From the NCBI GenBank assembly GCA_964583975.1, contig CAZOXU010000002.1, positions 155,709 through 219,708 on the forward strand: DNA of 64,000 bases, in the 5' to 3' direction. Below are positions 1 to 9,094 of the stretch, piece after piece (position 1 is the stretch's first letter; each line of letters opens with the position of its first letter). This stretch comes from an uncultured Planctomycetales bacterium. GTDB lineage: Bacteria; Omnitrophota; Gorgyraeia; Zapsychrales; Fredricksoniimonadaceae. The notes beneath the pieces were generated by a model. The model saw only the letters and a program-made list of their open reading frames with translations, was not told the origin of the DNA and did not search any database. Position numbers and translations under genes: made by a program.

Positions 1-723
1 ACCCCCACCACTGCCTCCGCCTCCAAAGCCGCCAAAACCTCCTCCACCACTTGAACCACCACCAAAACCATCTCTTCCACCGCCCGAATAACCATACCAG
101 CCTACACCAGGACGAACAAATGAGGAAGAATAAAATACAAAAATAATAATAAAAATGAAGATTATGACCCAAATTGCTGATGAATCCTGATGCAATTGAT
201 TATAAACAGCCTGTTCTTTACCTGTAATCTCAATTCCAGAATCTTTAGCAATAAGAGCTATAATCGCTTTTGAACCTTCTAAAACACCTTTTGATATCTG
301 TCCTTGTTTAAAAAGAGGGACTACGATTTGATTGATAATTCCTGAACAAGTGGCATCGGTCAACACTCCTTCTAAACCATATCCCACCTCAATACGTACG
401 GTACGATCATTCTTTGCAATCAAAAACAGTACGCCATTATCCTTCCCCTTTTGTCCAATTCCCCATTGCTTAAAAAGCCTAACCGCATATTGTTCGATCG
501 TTTCTGGCTGGGTTGTATTTATTGTAACGACAGAAATCTGAGCTGTGGTTTTTGTTTCTAGTTCTCTAGCAAAATTATTAATAGCATTTTGATCTTGGAC
601 ATCTACCATCCCTACCGTATCATTAAGATACCCTGAGGCCACCGGCAAGGCTTGATCTTTAGCTAAAGCAAAAACACTGCTTAATAGCAGTGTTAAGAAT
701 ACAAAAAAAGAGAACCTTTTCAT
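1..723 (-). CDS. TPM-domain (YgcG/TLP18.3-like) membrane protein, C-terminus outside window
   Basis: Manual reverse-complement translation from the ATG at 721-723 gives MKRFSFFVFLTLLLSSVFALA (signal), then GYLNDTVGMVD..ELE..AQISVVTI..IEQYAVRLFKQWGIGQKGKDNGVLFLIAKNDRTVRIEVGYGLEG. This is the classic TPM/YgcG fold. It is followed by a TM helix and a Gly-rich tail (GGGSGGGGFGGFGGGG) that runs off the left edge. Not in the ORF track because it is edge-truncated. Confidence 0.8.
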   Translation of the reverse strand, partial: MKRFSFFVFLTLLLSSVFALAKDQALPVASGYLNDTVGMVDVQDQNAINNFARELETKTTAQISVVTINTTQPETIEQYAVRLFKQWGIGQKGKDNGVLFLIAKNDRTVRIEVGYGLEGVLTDATCSGIINQIVVPLFKQGQISKGVLEGSKAIIALIAKDSGIEITGKEQAVYNQLHQDSSAIWVIIFIFIIIFVFYSSSFVRPGVGWYGYSGGGRDGFGGGSSGGGGFGGFGGGGSGGG

Positions 724-725
724 TT

Positions 726-995
726 TTAAGACCGTTTTTTCTTTTTAACAGCAGAAACCTTCTTTGGAGCAGTTGTCTTCTGTGAAGATATTTTAAAATG
801 ATACTTAATCCAAGCTGTGGAATGTTTTCTAAGCCAATCCTCAGCCGCAGCTTCAAAACCAATATCATAACCCGCAATTTCACTCTCCAACCATTTGTGG
901 CGATTAATTTCGGCAATGACCTTACGGTTACGTAATAATTTTCTAGCATCCATATTCATAAAAGATATCTTACTTTGCCCGATGAGTTTTCGCAA
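726..995 (-). CDS. conserved hypothetical protein (89 aa)
   Basis: Clean ORF with protein-like composition (KVIAEINRHKWLESEIAGYDIGFEAAAEDWLRKHSTAW). It abuts the TPM gene. Preferred over the overlapping low-complexity ORF 659..949. Family not recognised. Confidence 0.4.
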   Translation of the reverse strand: MRKLIGQSKISFMNMDARKLLRNRKVIAEINRHKWLESEIAGYDIGFEAAAEDWLRKHSTAWIKYHFKISSQKTTAPKKVSAVKKKKRS

Positions 996-1524
996 GAGTT
1001 TCCATGGACTTTAGACGGGAACGTATCTGGTAGGCCATCACACCAAAAGCAACAGCTACATTCAAAGAGTTTTTAATACCTGCCATATCTATTTCCACGG
1101 CAGCATCGCAATATTTAAGCAGATCTTCCGAAACACCTGAAATTTCATTACCAATAACCAAACATATAGGCGCTTGAGGAATAAACTGATCATAGGAACT
1201 TGCTCCTTGGGCCTGCTCAAGTAATACAATCTGATACCCTCTGGATTTTAGTTCCTTCAAAAGGCTTAGGCCATCTTCCCGATATTCCCAAGGAACATGA
1301 TCCTCTGCTCCCAAAGATGTTTTAGCAATTCCTCCCTGCGGTGGGTAGCCTGTGATACCACACAACCAGATCTTTTCTACCCCCGCTCCATCTGCCGTTC
1401 GAAAGATAGAACCTACATTGTGTAAACTGCGAATATTGTTGAGGACTACACAAAACGGTAAGCGCGGATTTGTTAATTGAGAAGACTGGCGAGCGACGAT
1501 CTCGTCATGGGTTAATTTACGCAT
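970..1524 (-). CDS. SpoU/TrmH-family RNA 2'-O-methyltransferase
   Basis: C-terminal SpoU motifs (GNEISGVSEDLL, LNVAVAFGVMAYQIRSRL). Start placed at internal MRKLTHDEI (1524), because a diverged copy of exactly this N-terminus (MRKLTHEEI) is duplicated at 2116-2160. Confidence 0.75.
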   Translation of the reverse strand: MRKLTHDEIVARQSSQLTNPRLPFCVVLNNIRSLHNVGSIFRTADGAGVEKIWLCGITGYPPQGGIAKTSLGAEDHVPWEYREDGLSLLKELKSRGYQIVLLEQAQGASSYDQFIPQAPICLVIGNEISGVSEDLLKYCDAAVEIDMAGIKNSLNVAVAFGVMAYQIRSRLKSMETLAKTHRAK

Positions 1525-1534
1525 AAAAATCAAT

Positions 1535-1975
1535 TTAACCAGGACACAACCCCACAAAAACTCCTTGAGGGTTACATTGGATTATACTGCCATTATGAGA
1601 ATCATATAGAATAATAATTGAATCCGAACTAGTTAGACCATTGGCATCATTACCCGTAGCTCCAACTGCGACAACATTAATTGAAAGAAAATTAACTGCG
1701 AGACTAACATAATTAACACTTTGGCTTGAACCAGGTATCGCACAAAGGTTATTAATTTCAGGCCAAAATACATCTGGATGTGCTAAGACACATAATAACG
1801 ATTTGTCTTTCATGTCCTTTAAAGTCATCAAAACCTCTGCCGCCTTGCTTTTATTAACCATTAAAAAATAATTAGGTACAGCAATAGCCATTAAAACTCC
1901 AAGAATCACCAGAGTGACAATAATTTCAATTAACGTAAAACCTTTTTTTCTGGAAGTTGTTTTCATAAGAAACAT
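1535..1975 (-). CDS. type IV pilin-like protein (prepilin N-terminal methylation domain)
   Basis: N-terminus ..KKG|FTLIEIIVTLVILGVLMAIAVP has a class III signal and Glu+5. The true start may be MKTTSRKKG at 1966. The C-terminus has a Cys pair (QCNPQGVFVGLCPG). It is a paralog of the pilin at 2169..2630. Confidence 0.75.
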   Translation of the reverse strand: MFLMKTTSRKKGFTLIEIIVTLVILGVLMAIAVPNYFLMVNKSKAAEVLMTLKDMKDKSLLCVLAHPDVFWPEINNLCAIPGSSQSVNYVSLAVNFLSINVVAVGATGNDANGLTSSDSIIILYDSHNGSIIQCNPQGVFVGLCPG

Positions 1976-1984
1976 TACTCAACA

Positions 1985-2160
1985 AAAACCCTTAAATACA
2001 TCGTTCGAGTCACAGAAAACTTGAGCACCATTGTAATCAAAGTCCATCCGTATCCCATCATTCGCGGCAAGCCCATTAGTACCTTTACCAGTAGCTAAAA
2101 TTGTATAACATCAAGATGACTGGCAAGCAACTATTTCTTCGTGAGTTAATTTGCGCATTA
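1985..2160 (-). pseudogene. duplication remnants: diverged 5' fragment of the SpoU gene (MRKLTHEEIVACQSS*) followed in-frame by a promoterless pilin C-terminal fragment (ATGKGTNGLAANDGIRMDFDYNGAQVFCDSNDVFKGFC*)
   Basis: Manual translation of the minus strand of 1985-2160. The pilin-like fragment ends one codon before the ATG of pilin 1. About 75% nucleotide identity to 1480-1524 (by eye). Confidence 0.55.
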
Positions 2161-2168
2161 TAATTAAT

Positions 2169-2630
2169 TTAATTCGGACATAGCCCTACAAAAACTCCTT
2201 GGGATAAACATTGATTAACACTACCATCAAAATTATAAAGTATAATAATATTATCCCCACTGGTTAGTCCATTAGAACCATTTCCTGTCGCATCAATTTT
2301 CACAATATTAATCAGCCACCCAAAATCAACAGCCATAGTCGCATAAGTAGCTGAAGCACTCGTACCTACATATCCACATTTAGCCGTCAAGTCCATCCAA
2401 GTACCTTCATGAGCATGAGCTTGAACACAAGGCAATGTTTGATCTTTTATATTTTTTATAGTCAACATTACTTCTGCCGCCTTACTTTTATTAATCATTG
2501 AGAAATAAGCAGGCACAGCAATGGCAGCTAACACACCAAGAATGATCAAGACAACGATCAATTCAATTAAAGTAAAAGCTTTTCGTTGTTTAAAGATTCT
2601 CATCCTGTTCCTTAATTCATCAATTTCCAC
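2169..2630 (-). CDS. type IV pilin-like protein, paralog 2
   Basis: ..RKA|FTLIELIVVLIILGVLAAIAVP prepilin motif (Ala at -1). C-terminus GLTSGDNIIILYNFDGSVNQCLSQGVFVGLCPN is nearly identical in pattern to pilin 1. A possible internal start MRIFKQRKA (2603) would remove the overlap with pepF. Confidence 0.75.
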   Translation of the reverse strand: MEIDELRNRMRIFKQRKAFTLIELIVVLIILGVLAAIAVPAYFSMINKSKAAEVMLTIKNIKDQTLPCVQAHAHEGTWMDLTAKCGYVGTSASATYATMAVDFGWLINIVKIDATGNGSNGLTSGDNIIILYNFDGSVNQCLSQGVFVGLCPN

Positions 2631-4330
2631 TCTTTATACACAGCTTTAATCAAAGGCTCAATGATTTCCTGTGAAAAATCAAATTTAATCCCTGCCTGCT
2701 GGTAAAGCTCTGGTAACGGACGTGATCCACCTAAACTAAGCCCATTTAAATAACCAGACAGAGCCTCTTTAGGATCTTTTTTAGCTTTGAGCCATAATTG
2801 TAGCGCACCTAATTGGGCAATGCCATACTCAATATAATAAAAAGGTACTTCAAAAATATGTAATTGACGATGCCATAAATAGGCGATTTCCTGATCCAGA
2901 TTCTGCCAATTTAGGAACTTGCCACCGTATTTTAAATACAATTCCACCCATTTTTGCTTCCGTTCCTGGGCTGTATGGTTAGGGTGTTCATACATCCAAT
3001 GTTGAAAAGAATCGATATTAGCCACCCAAGCCAAAATATGTACAATGCCTTCTAAATGTTCGCGATTAGAACGCCTTGCATCTTCAGGAGAATAAAATTG
3101 ATCCAAATGTTCACCTGCCAAAAGCTCCATCGCCATCGAGGCAACCTCACAAAATTCCATCGGTGCATGACGATAATCAACCAGCGGATCATTGACAGAA
3201 GCTAACGCATGAAACGCATGCCCAGATTCATGCAACAGGGTCCTGACATCATCATCTACACCTACTGCATTCATAAATATAAATGGTTTACGGGCTTCAT
3301 TAAGAGTATTTTGATACCCCCCCGGAGCCTTGCCCTTTCGGCTTTCTAAGTCCAGTAAGCCAAGATTTTGCATTTCTTGAAATTGAGAACCTAAATTCTT
3401 ATCCAATTTATTGAAAATGGCCTGTGTTTTTTCAATTAGCTGTGGTGCGCGCTCAAAAGGCTTTAAGGAGCTTCGACCTAGAGGATCCACCGCAACATCC
3501 CAAGGACGTAAGCTATCTAATTTCATTTCCTGCTGACGTCGTTGAAGAATTTCTCCATATAAAGGCACTACCAAACGTTCAACAGTTTCATGATACTTCT
3601 TACAATCAGCCGGGGTATAGTCAAAACGATGATAATTACGAAACTGATATTCGATAAAATTATTTAACTTTGCATTAGCTGCAATCTGACAACGTAAAGA
3701 AAAAAGCTGATCAAATATACTGTCTAGCTTATCCTTATCAGCCAGACGCCTTTGGGCTGTGGCACGCCAGGCTTCTTCGCGTTTTTTACGATCTGTTTCT
3801 AATAAGTACTTGCCCATCTGAGGCAAGGTCTGCTCTTTGCCTTCAAAGTTGACCATCATAGCTCCACAAACCGTCTGATATTCCTGGGAAAGCATATCAA
3901 CCTTGGTTTGTAAAGGCACATTAGCCTCCACAAACAGGTCTATGTCCACCTGGGTTGTGCGATTATAAACTTCATAACGCTTCTTATCTAAAGGAAAGGT
4001 TTGCAATAATTTTAAATATTTGTGATTTAATTCATCATTTATTGGCTTAATCGTGGGCGGGATATTCTGGATAAACTGGGTATAGGCTGATGCTTTTTGA
4101 GGATCATCCGTATGGCAAGTCATGGTGATATAAAGGATTGATCCTACCTGATTAAGGGCCGCATCGAGCTCGGAACGGTCCAAAAGCCAAGATTCTAATT
4201 CTTTAGCTGAATTGATGGGCCTATCTAACAGCTTCACATACAGTTCTTTAACAAGCTTAGCATTAGTTAAGTCGATTTGCTGAGGAACGAACATCCTCTT
4301 TGCGTAAGGTGTAATTTGAGTTAAATCCAT
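2612..4330 (-). CDS. pepF: oligoendopeptidase F (M3 family metallopeptidase)
   Basis: 572 aa with the HESGHAFH zinc motif and M3B architecture. Confidence 0.85.
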   Translation of the reverse strand: MDLTQITPYAKRMFVPQQIDLTNAKLVKELYVKLLDRPINSAKELESWLLDRSELDAALNQVGSILYITMTCHTDDPQKASAYTQFIQNIPPTIKPINDELNHKYLKLLQTFPLDKKRYEVYNRTTQVDIDLFVEANVPLQTKVDMLSQEYQTVCGAMMVNFEGKEQTLPQMGKYLLETDRKKREEAWRATAQRRLADKDKLDSIFDQLFSLRCQIAANAKLNNFIEYQFRNYHRFDYTPADCKKYHETVERLVVPLYGEILQRRQQEMKLDSLRPWDVAVDPLGRSSLKPFERAPQLIEKTQAIFNKLDKNLGSQFQEMQNLGLLDLESRKGKAPGGYQNTLNEARKPFIFMNAVGVDDDVRTLLHESGHAFHALASVNDPLVDYRHAPMEFCEVASMAMELLAGEHLDQFYSPEDARRSNREHLEGIVHILAWVANIDSFQHWMYEHPNHTAQERKQKWVELYLKYGGKFLNWQNLDQEIAYLWHRQLHIFEVPFYYIEYGIAQLGALQLWLKAKKDPKEALSGYLNGLSLGGSRPLPELYQQAGIKFDFSQEIIEPLIKAVYKEWKLMN

Positions 4331-4362
4331 AATCTCTCCATAGAGTTAATATAAAATTTGAA

Positions 4363-4390
4363 TTGACATTCCTCATGTTTACAGTATATT
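4363..4390 (+). promoter_or_regulatory. sigma70-like promoter for rpmB (TTGACA - 16 nt - TATATT)
   Basis: TTGACA at 4363-4368, a 16-nt spacer, TATATT at 4385-4390. AGAGG RBS at 4424-4428 and ATG at 4438. Confidence 0.5.
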
Positions 4391-4437
4391 TATGTCTTCA
4401 GTTTTGATGTTAACCATTTAAATTAGAGGTCTTAGAC

Positions 4438-4665
4438 ATGAGAGCTTGTATTATTTGCGACAAAAGCGCAACATCTGGTAGAAAATATAAAAGACGCGGT
4501 ATGGAAAAGAAAAAAGGTGGTGCCGGTTCCAAAGTTGTTGGTAAGTCTTTCCGCGCCGTCATGCCAAATCTTCAACGCATCAAAGTCCTTTTAAACGGAA
4601 CTGTTCAAAGAGCATTAGTCTGCACTAGCTGTATTCAAGCTAACAAAGTTACTCGCGCAGTTTAA
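4438..4665 (+). CDS. rpmB: 50S ribosomal protein L28 (bL28), Zn-ribbon type
   Basis: C-terminal PNLQRIKVLLNGTVQRALVCTSC matches the L28 core (ANLQKVRILVNGK..V.VSARAL). Has a CxxC...CxxC pair. 75 aa. Confidence 0.75.
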   Translation: MRACIICDKSATSGRKYKRRGMEKKKGGAGSKVVGKSFRAVMPNLQRIKVLLNGTVQRALVCTSCIQANKVTRAV

Positions 4666-6331
4666 TATCCTTAATCAATAACTGAACGGTTGGCGCTTTA
4701 TTCCAATCATCGATTCCCAAAGTAAAAGCTAGGTCAATTTGACAACCTAGCTTTACTTGTTTATGCATACTTGCCTGCCCAAAAGCAACCGCTGAAAAAG
4801 ACTTAACACCATCACTGACCCAAAATTTCAAAGTGTCACGCCCCAAAACAGCTGGATTACTTTTAACCGTAAGTTTTCGGGAACAAAACACAGGTGTAGG
4901 ATTACCTTCCCCATGAGGCTCCATAGAATCTATTAATTCCACCAAAGGCAAATCCAAATTCGAAAAAGGTATTTCACAATCGATATCTAAGGTTGGATCT
5001 AAGGGCTGATCTTTAAGTACTTCCTTAGCAAATTCATTAATATCCTGGGTAAATTTCTCGATGTTCTCATGACGTAAACGTAACCCTGCAGCCCTCTTAT
5101 GTCCTCCAAAATTCTCTAAAGAAGCGGCGCAATTGGCAAAAGCTTCATGAAGCGCAAAACCTTCAATAGACCGCGCCGAACCTGTACCCATACCATTTTC
5201 AACCGAAATAACAACTGTAGGCCGATAATATTTTTCAACAATACGCGAGGCTACAATTCCCAACACCCCTTTATGCCAACCTTCCTTGCATACCACAATA
5301 ATCTGCTGATTTTTATAATCACCTTCTTCGATAATACTTAAAGCTTCTTGAATAACTTCATTTTGCATTTTCTGGCGAGTCAGATTATGGTCTTCCAGAC
5401 TCTGAGCCAAGGCTTGAGCCTGCACAAAATCTTCTGATAAAAGAAGGTCTAAGGCCACCGTAGCTGAATCCATACGGCCAGCAGCATTAAGTCTGGGGCC
5501 TAAAATAAAACCAATATAGTAGGGTTTAATTTTCTTACCTGCAATTTTAGCTATCTGCAAAAGAGCTTGTAAGCCAAACTTCTTGGTCTTCTCGATCAAA
5601 GGTAAACCTCTTTTGACAAAAATCCGATTCTCGCTTTGAAGAGCGACCACATCGGCTACCGTACCAATGGCAATCAAATCCAAATCTTCCTCAGGAACTG
5701 ATCCCAAAATGGCCTGAGCTAATTTAGCAACCAATCCTACGGCTGATAAATGTTTAAATGGATAAAGACAATCTGACCTTTTTGGATCAATCACAGCCAA
5801 AGCTTCTGGGATCCTGTCACCTTCAGGCTCATGATGGTCAATCACAATAACATCCATTCCTTCTTGGTTAATAGCCTTGATGGGTTCAAAAGCGGTGATG
5901 CCACAATCCACCGTAATAATCAGATGAATACCTAAACTTTTAGCAAACTCAACGATCCCATGATTCAAACCATATCCTTCATCCATACGGTGAGGAATAT
6001 AATTCACCGCTTCTATATCCAGACGCCTTAATAATCGCCTTAAAAGAGCACTCGATGTAACTCCATCAACGTCATAGTCTCCAAAAATAAGAACCTTCTC
6101 TTTATTATTTTGGGCCACCTTAATACGCTCAACCGCTCGATCCATATCCGTTAAAAGAAATGGATTGTAAAGCATAGCCATATCGGTTGTTAAAAAACGC
6201 CGGGCTTGGTCTACAGTTGTAATTTGACGATTAATAAGAAGTTGAGCAACGATAGGATGAATGTTTAAAGCATCGCTAAGCTCTTGTTGCAGCTTAGGAT
6301 CATAGGATTTGACTATCCAACGTTTGGCCAT
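4649..6331 (-). CDS. recJ: single-stranded-DNA-specific exonuclease RecJ
   Basis: DHH motifs (GDYDVDGVTS, IVIDHHEP), DHHA1 (GGHKRAAG); 560 aa. Confidence 0.9.
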   Translation of the reverse strand: MAKRWIVKSYDPKLQQELSDALNIHPIVAQLLINRQITTVDQARRFLTTDMAMLYNPFLLTDMDRAVERIKVAQNNKEKVLIFGDYDVDGVTSSALLRRLLRRLDIEAVNYIPHRMDEGYGLNHGIVEFAKSLGIHLIITVDCGITAFEPIKAINQEGMDVIVIDHHEPEGDRIPEALAVIDPKRSDCLYPFKHLSAVGLVAKLAQAILGSVPEEDLDLIAIGTVADVVALQSENRIFVKRGLPLIEKTKKFGLQALLQIAKIAGKKIKPYYIGFILGPRLNAAGRMDSATVALDLLLSEDFVQAQALAQSLEDHNLTRQKMQNEVIQEALSIIEEGDYKNQQIIVVCKEGWHKGVLGIVASRIVEKYYRPTVVISVENGMGTGSARSIEGFALHEAFANCAASLENFGGHKRAAGLRLRHENIEKFTQDINEFAKEVLKDQPLDPTLDIDCEIPFSNLDLPLVELIDSMEPHGEGNPTPVFCSRKLTVKSNPAVLGRDTLKFWVSDGVKSFSAVAFGQASMHKQVKLGCQIDLAFTLGIDDWNKAPTVQLLIKDIKLRE

Positions 6332-6332
6332 T

Positions 6333-7997
6333 TTACATTTTCTCAGGCGTGCTTACACCTAAAAGCTTCAATCCACTACCTAAAATGATACGTACAGATT
6401 CAATAAGACTGAGTCTCTCTATAGAAAGCTCTTTATTATCATCCAAAACACGATGAGCATCATAAAACTTATGAAAACATCCTGCTAATTCTTGAAGATA
6501 ACGCACTAAGGCAAACGGATCCAATTGTTTGGCACAGACTACAAGCACTTCAGGATATAAAGCAATCTTACGCATAATATCCATTTCTTCAACTTCTTTA
6601 AGCTGTTTAAAGTCTTTTAATTTAATATTTAACTTAGCCTCTTCTTGGCCTTTACGAATAATACTATGGATCCGTGCATGGGCATATTGAATGTAGTAGA
6701 CAGGATTTTCTGAGCTATTTTTCTTGGCCAATTCCAAATCGAATTCCAGATGAGCATTGGTCTGACGCATTAAAAAGAAAAATCGTCCAGCATCCTTACC
6801 TACCTCATCAATCACCTCACGCAAGGTAATAAACTCTCCGCGGCGTGTAGACATAGATACAGGTTTACCATCTCGATAAATGGTAGCTAATTGAACAATC
6901 ACTACATCTAAATCATCCACCGAATGCCCTAAGGCCGCGGCAGCTGCTTTAATACGTGGAATATAGCCATGATGATCAGGCCCTAAAATATTCACAATAC
7001 GCTTAAAACCACGTTCAAATTTATTTTTATGATAAACAATGTCGGGAGTCAAATAGGTGTACTCGCCACTGCTTTTCTTAACCACCCTGTCTTTATCATC
7101 GCCCCACTGGGTCGATTTAAACCACAATGCCCCTTCAGCTGCATATACATAACCCTTAGCTTGGAAATCTTTCAATAAATCCTCAATCGCTTCATTGGTA
7201 GCAATCCGGCTTTGATAAGACCAGGTATCAAAATGGACGCTAAAATCTTCTAAATCTTTATTAATCACCTTCATTAAATAATCCACCCCAAATTGTCTAA
7301 ATAGGGCTGGATCAAGCTTATTTAAGTCCCCCAAAGATTTAACTGCATTCTTTTGGATAAATTCCTGGGCCATGGTGCGAATATACTCTCCCTGATAATG
7401 ATCTTCAGGAAATTCCACCTTTTCACCCAAACTCTCTTGGGCACGATAATGAATGCTTCGACCTAAAATATTAATCTGATTCCCCTCATCATTAACGTAA
7501 TACTCTTTTTGAGCTTTAAAACCTACTGCATTAAGAATATTGACCAGGGTATCTCCCACAGCTGCTTGGCGGCCATGAGCGACAGTTAAAGGCCCGGTTG
7601 GATTAGCTGAAACAAATTCCAGACAAAAAGGTGTTTTTTGTCCATAATCAGAACAACCATAACTTCCTTGGGTACTCAAGACTGCTTCCAATATGCCATA
7701 AAAACCTTGAGGGGATAAATAAAAATTAATAAATCCAGGCTGTTTGACTTCAATATTGGCAAAAGAATCTTTCAAAGGATGGTGATCTAAATTGCTTTTA
7801 AGCTTTAGAAGGATATCTGCTGCAATAAGCATAGGGTTTTTCTTTAAAACACGGCTTAATTGCAAAGCTACATTACAGGTAAGCTCCCCATGAGCCTTAT
7901 CTGAGGGAATATCAACAATAATGGCAGGCACAGTCTCTAGATTGGGTAGGGACTGTCGGACTAATTCCTGTACTTGATTTCGAATAATTGAAAACAT
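6333..7997 (-). CDS. argS: arginine--tRNA ligase
   Basis: 554 aa. ANPTGPLTVAHGR (HIGH region) and a KMSK-like motif (MSTRRG). Class I ArgRS architecture. Confidence 0.9.
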   Translation of the reverse strand: MFSIIRNQVQELVRQSLPNLETVPAIIVDIPSDKAHGELTCNVALQLSRVLKKNPMLIAADILLKLKSNLDHHPLKDSFANIEVKQPGFINFYLSPQGFYGILEAVLSTQGSYGCSDYGQKTPFCLEFVSANPTGPLTVAHGRQAAVGDTLVNILNAVGFKAQKEYYVNDEGNQINILGRSIHYRAQESLGEKVEFPEDHYQGEYIRTMAQEFIQKNAVKSLGDLNKLDPALFRQFGVDYLMKVINKDLEDFSVHFDTWSYQSRIATNEAIEDLLKDFQAKGYVYAAEGALWFKSTQWGDDKDRVVKKSSGEYTYLTPDIVYHKNKFERGFKRIVNILGPDHHGYIPRIKAAAAALGHSVDDLDVVIVQLATIYRDGKPVSMSTRRGEFITLREVIDEVGKDAGRFFFLMRQTNAHLEFDLELAKKNSSENPVYYIQYAHARIHSIIRKGQEEAKLNIKLKDFKQLKEVEEMDIMRKIALYPEVLVVCAKQLDPFALVRYLQELAGCFHKFYDAHRVLDDNKELSIERLSLIESVRIILGSGLKLLGVSTPEKM

Positions 7998-8056
7998 AAG
8001 AAAAAACCCCTGCCATCATCTTTCAGACAAACAGCAGGGGTTTCATAATCCTTGAA

Positions 8057-8470
8057 TTAACTCGATTTTTTTCTTTGTTTATACTTAACCGTAGGTGCAT
8101 CCTGCCATAAGTGTTCTAAACCATAAAACTCTCTGGCATTGGGTTCAAAAACATGGGCTACCACATCTCCCATATCCAAAAGAATCCAAGCACCCATACC
8201 TTCAGCTGGACTACCTGAATCTAACCCCTTAATGCTACGATTAGAATGAGCTTTTATTCCAAAATCGGTCAATCCTTCAGTTACACCTTCTGCAATAGCC
8301 TTGACCTGCCTATCAGAAGTTCCTGTGGAAAGAACAAAATAATCACAAAAATTGACCAAACCCTTCATATCAAGAATAACAATATCCTGGGCCTTTTTAT
8401 CATTGGCCAATTGAGCAATCTTATTAGCTAATTGTTTGGAAGTTAATGCTTTACTTCGGATAGAAACCAC
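8057..8470 (-). CDS. rsfS: ribosomal silencing factor RsfS (Iojap)
   Basis: 137 aa. Iojap-like core (DIVILDMKGLVNFCDYFVLSTGTSDRQVKAIAEGV). Confidence 0.8.
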   Translation of the reverse strand: MVSIRSKALTSKQLANKIAQLANDKKAQDIVILDMKGLVNFCDYFVLSTGTSDRQVKAIAEGVTEGLTDFGIKAHSNRSIKGLDSGSPAEGMGAWILLDMGDVVAHVFEPNAREFYGLEHLWQDAPTVKYKQRKKSS

Positions 8471-8476
8471 TCCCGC

Positions 8477-8650
8477 TTATTTCTTTTTTAGTTTAGCAGC
8501 TTGATCTTTGCTTAATACGCGCCAGCATTCGTGTGTGCCTTTAGGGGATTTGGCAACAGCAAAAAAACGTCCACTCTTTTCTTTCACTGAATAATCTGCT
8601 GTTTCAAACTTACCTTTAGTTTTAACATCATAAAAAGATAATTTCTCCAT
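8477..8650 (-). CDS. small basic hypothetical protein (57 aa), not in ORF track
   Basis: Strong RBS-ATG context AAGGAGGATTTGATG on the minus strand. Translation is MEKLSFYDVKTKGKFETADYSVKEKSGRFFAVAKSPKGTHECWRVLSKDQAAKLKKK*. It fills the rsfS-yraN gap. Confidence 0.45.
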   Translation of the reverse strand: MEKLSFYDVKTKGKFETADYSVKEKSGRFFAVAKSPKGTHECWRVLSKDQAAKLKKK

Positions 8651-8716
8651 CAAATCCTCCTTAAAAAAGATTGGTTATTAAATTTGAGTTGAGTGTAAAG
8701 GATAAAAAATACTTTG

Positions 8717-9094
8717 TCAATGACTTAAATAGGTTAAATCAAAGGCGCTGATAATATGTTTAAGCTGGGGCTGGTCAACAGAATCAAAATTGATGGAAAC
8801 AACATCAAAACGGGACATAACCTCAATTGTCTTAAATTTATATTTCAAATAACATAAAGCTAGTCTAACCATCCTAAGCTGTTTAGTCGAACCAACAGCT
8901 TCAAAAGGAGCCCCAAACTGGCTAGATTTCCTGGTTTTGACCTCAATAAAGCAAATAACCTTACCTTCCTGAGCTATCAAATCGATTTCGCCTAATTTGT
9001 TGCGAAAATTTCTTTCAAGAATTCTATATCCCTTGCTCTGTAAGTATTTACAGGTAAGCTCTTCTCCTAATCTGCCTAAAGATTGATTATTCAT
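8717..9094 (-). CDS. yraN: YraN/UPF0102 family predicted endonuclease
   Basis: 125 aa. N-terminus GRLGEELTCKYLQSKGYRILERNFRNKLGEIDLIA is the UPF0102 signature. Overlaps the upstream gene by 4 nt. Confidence 0.8.
   Translation of the reverse strand: MNNQSLGRLGEELTCKYLQSKGYRILERNFRNKLGEIDLIAQEGKVICFIEVKTRKSSQFGAPFEAVGSTKQLRMVRLALCYLKYKFKTIEVMSRFDVVSINFDSVDQPQLKHIISAFDLTYLSH

Noticed and set aside
659-949. 96-aa minus-strand ORF overlapping the TPM gene start
   Set aside because: Low-complexity L/R/K-rich translation. Overlaps two better-supported genes in other frames.
3424-3657. 77-aa plus-strand ORF inside pepF
   Set aside because: Antisense to a well-supported 572-aa gene. No motifs.
5147-5341. 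64-aa plus-strand ORF inside recJ
   Set aside because: Antisense shadow ORF.
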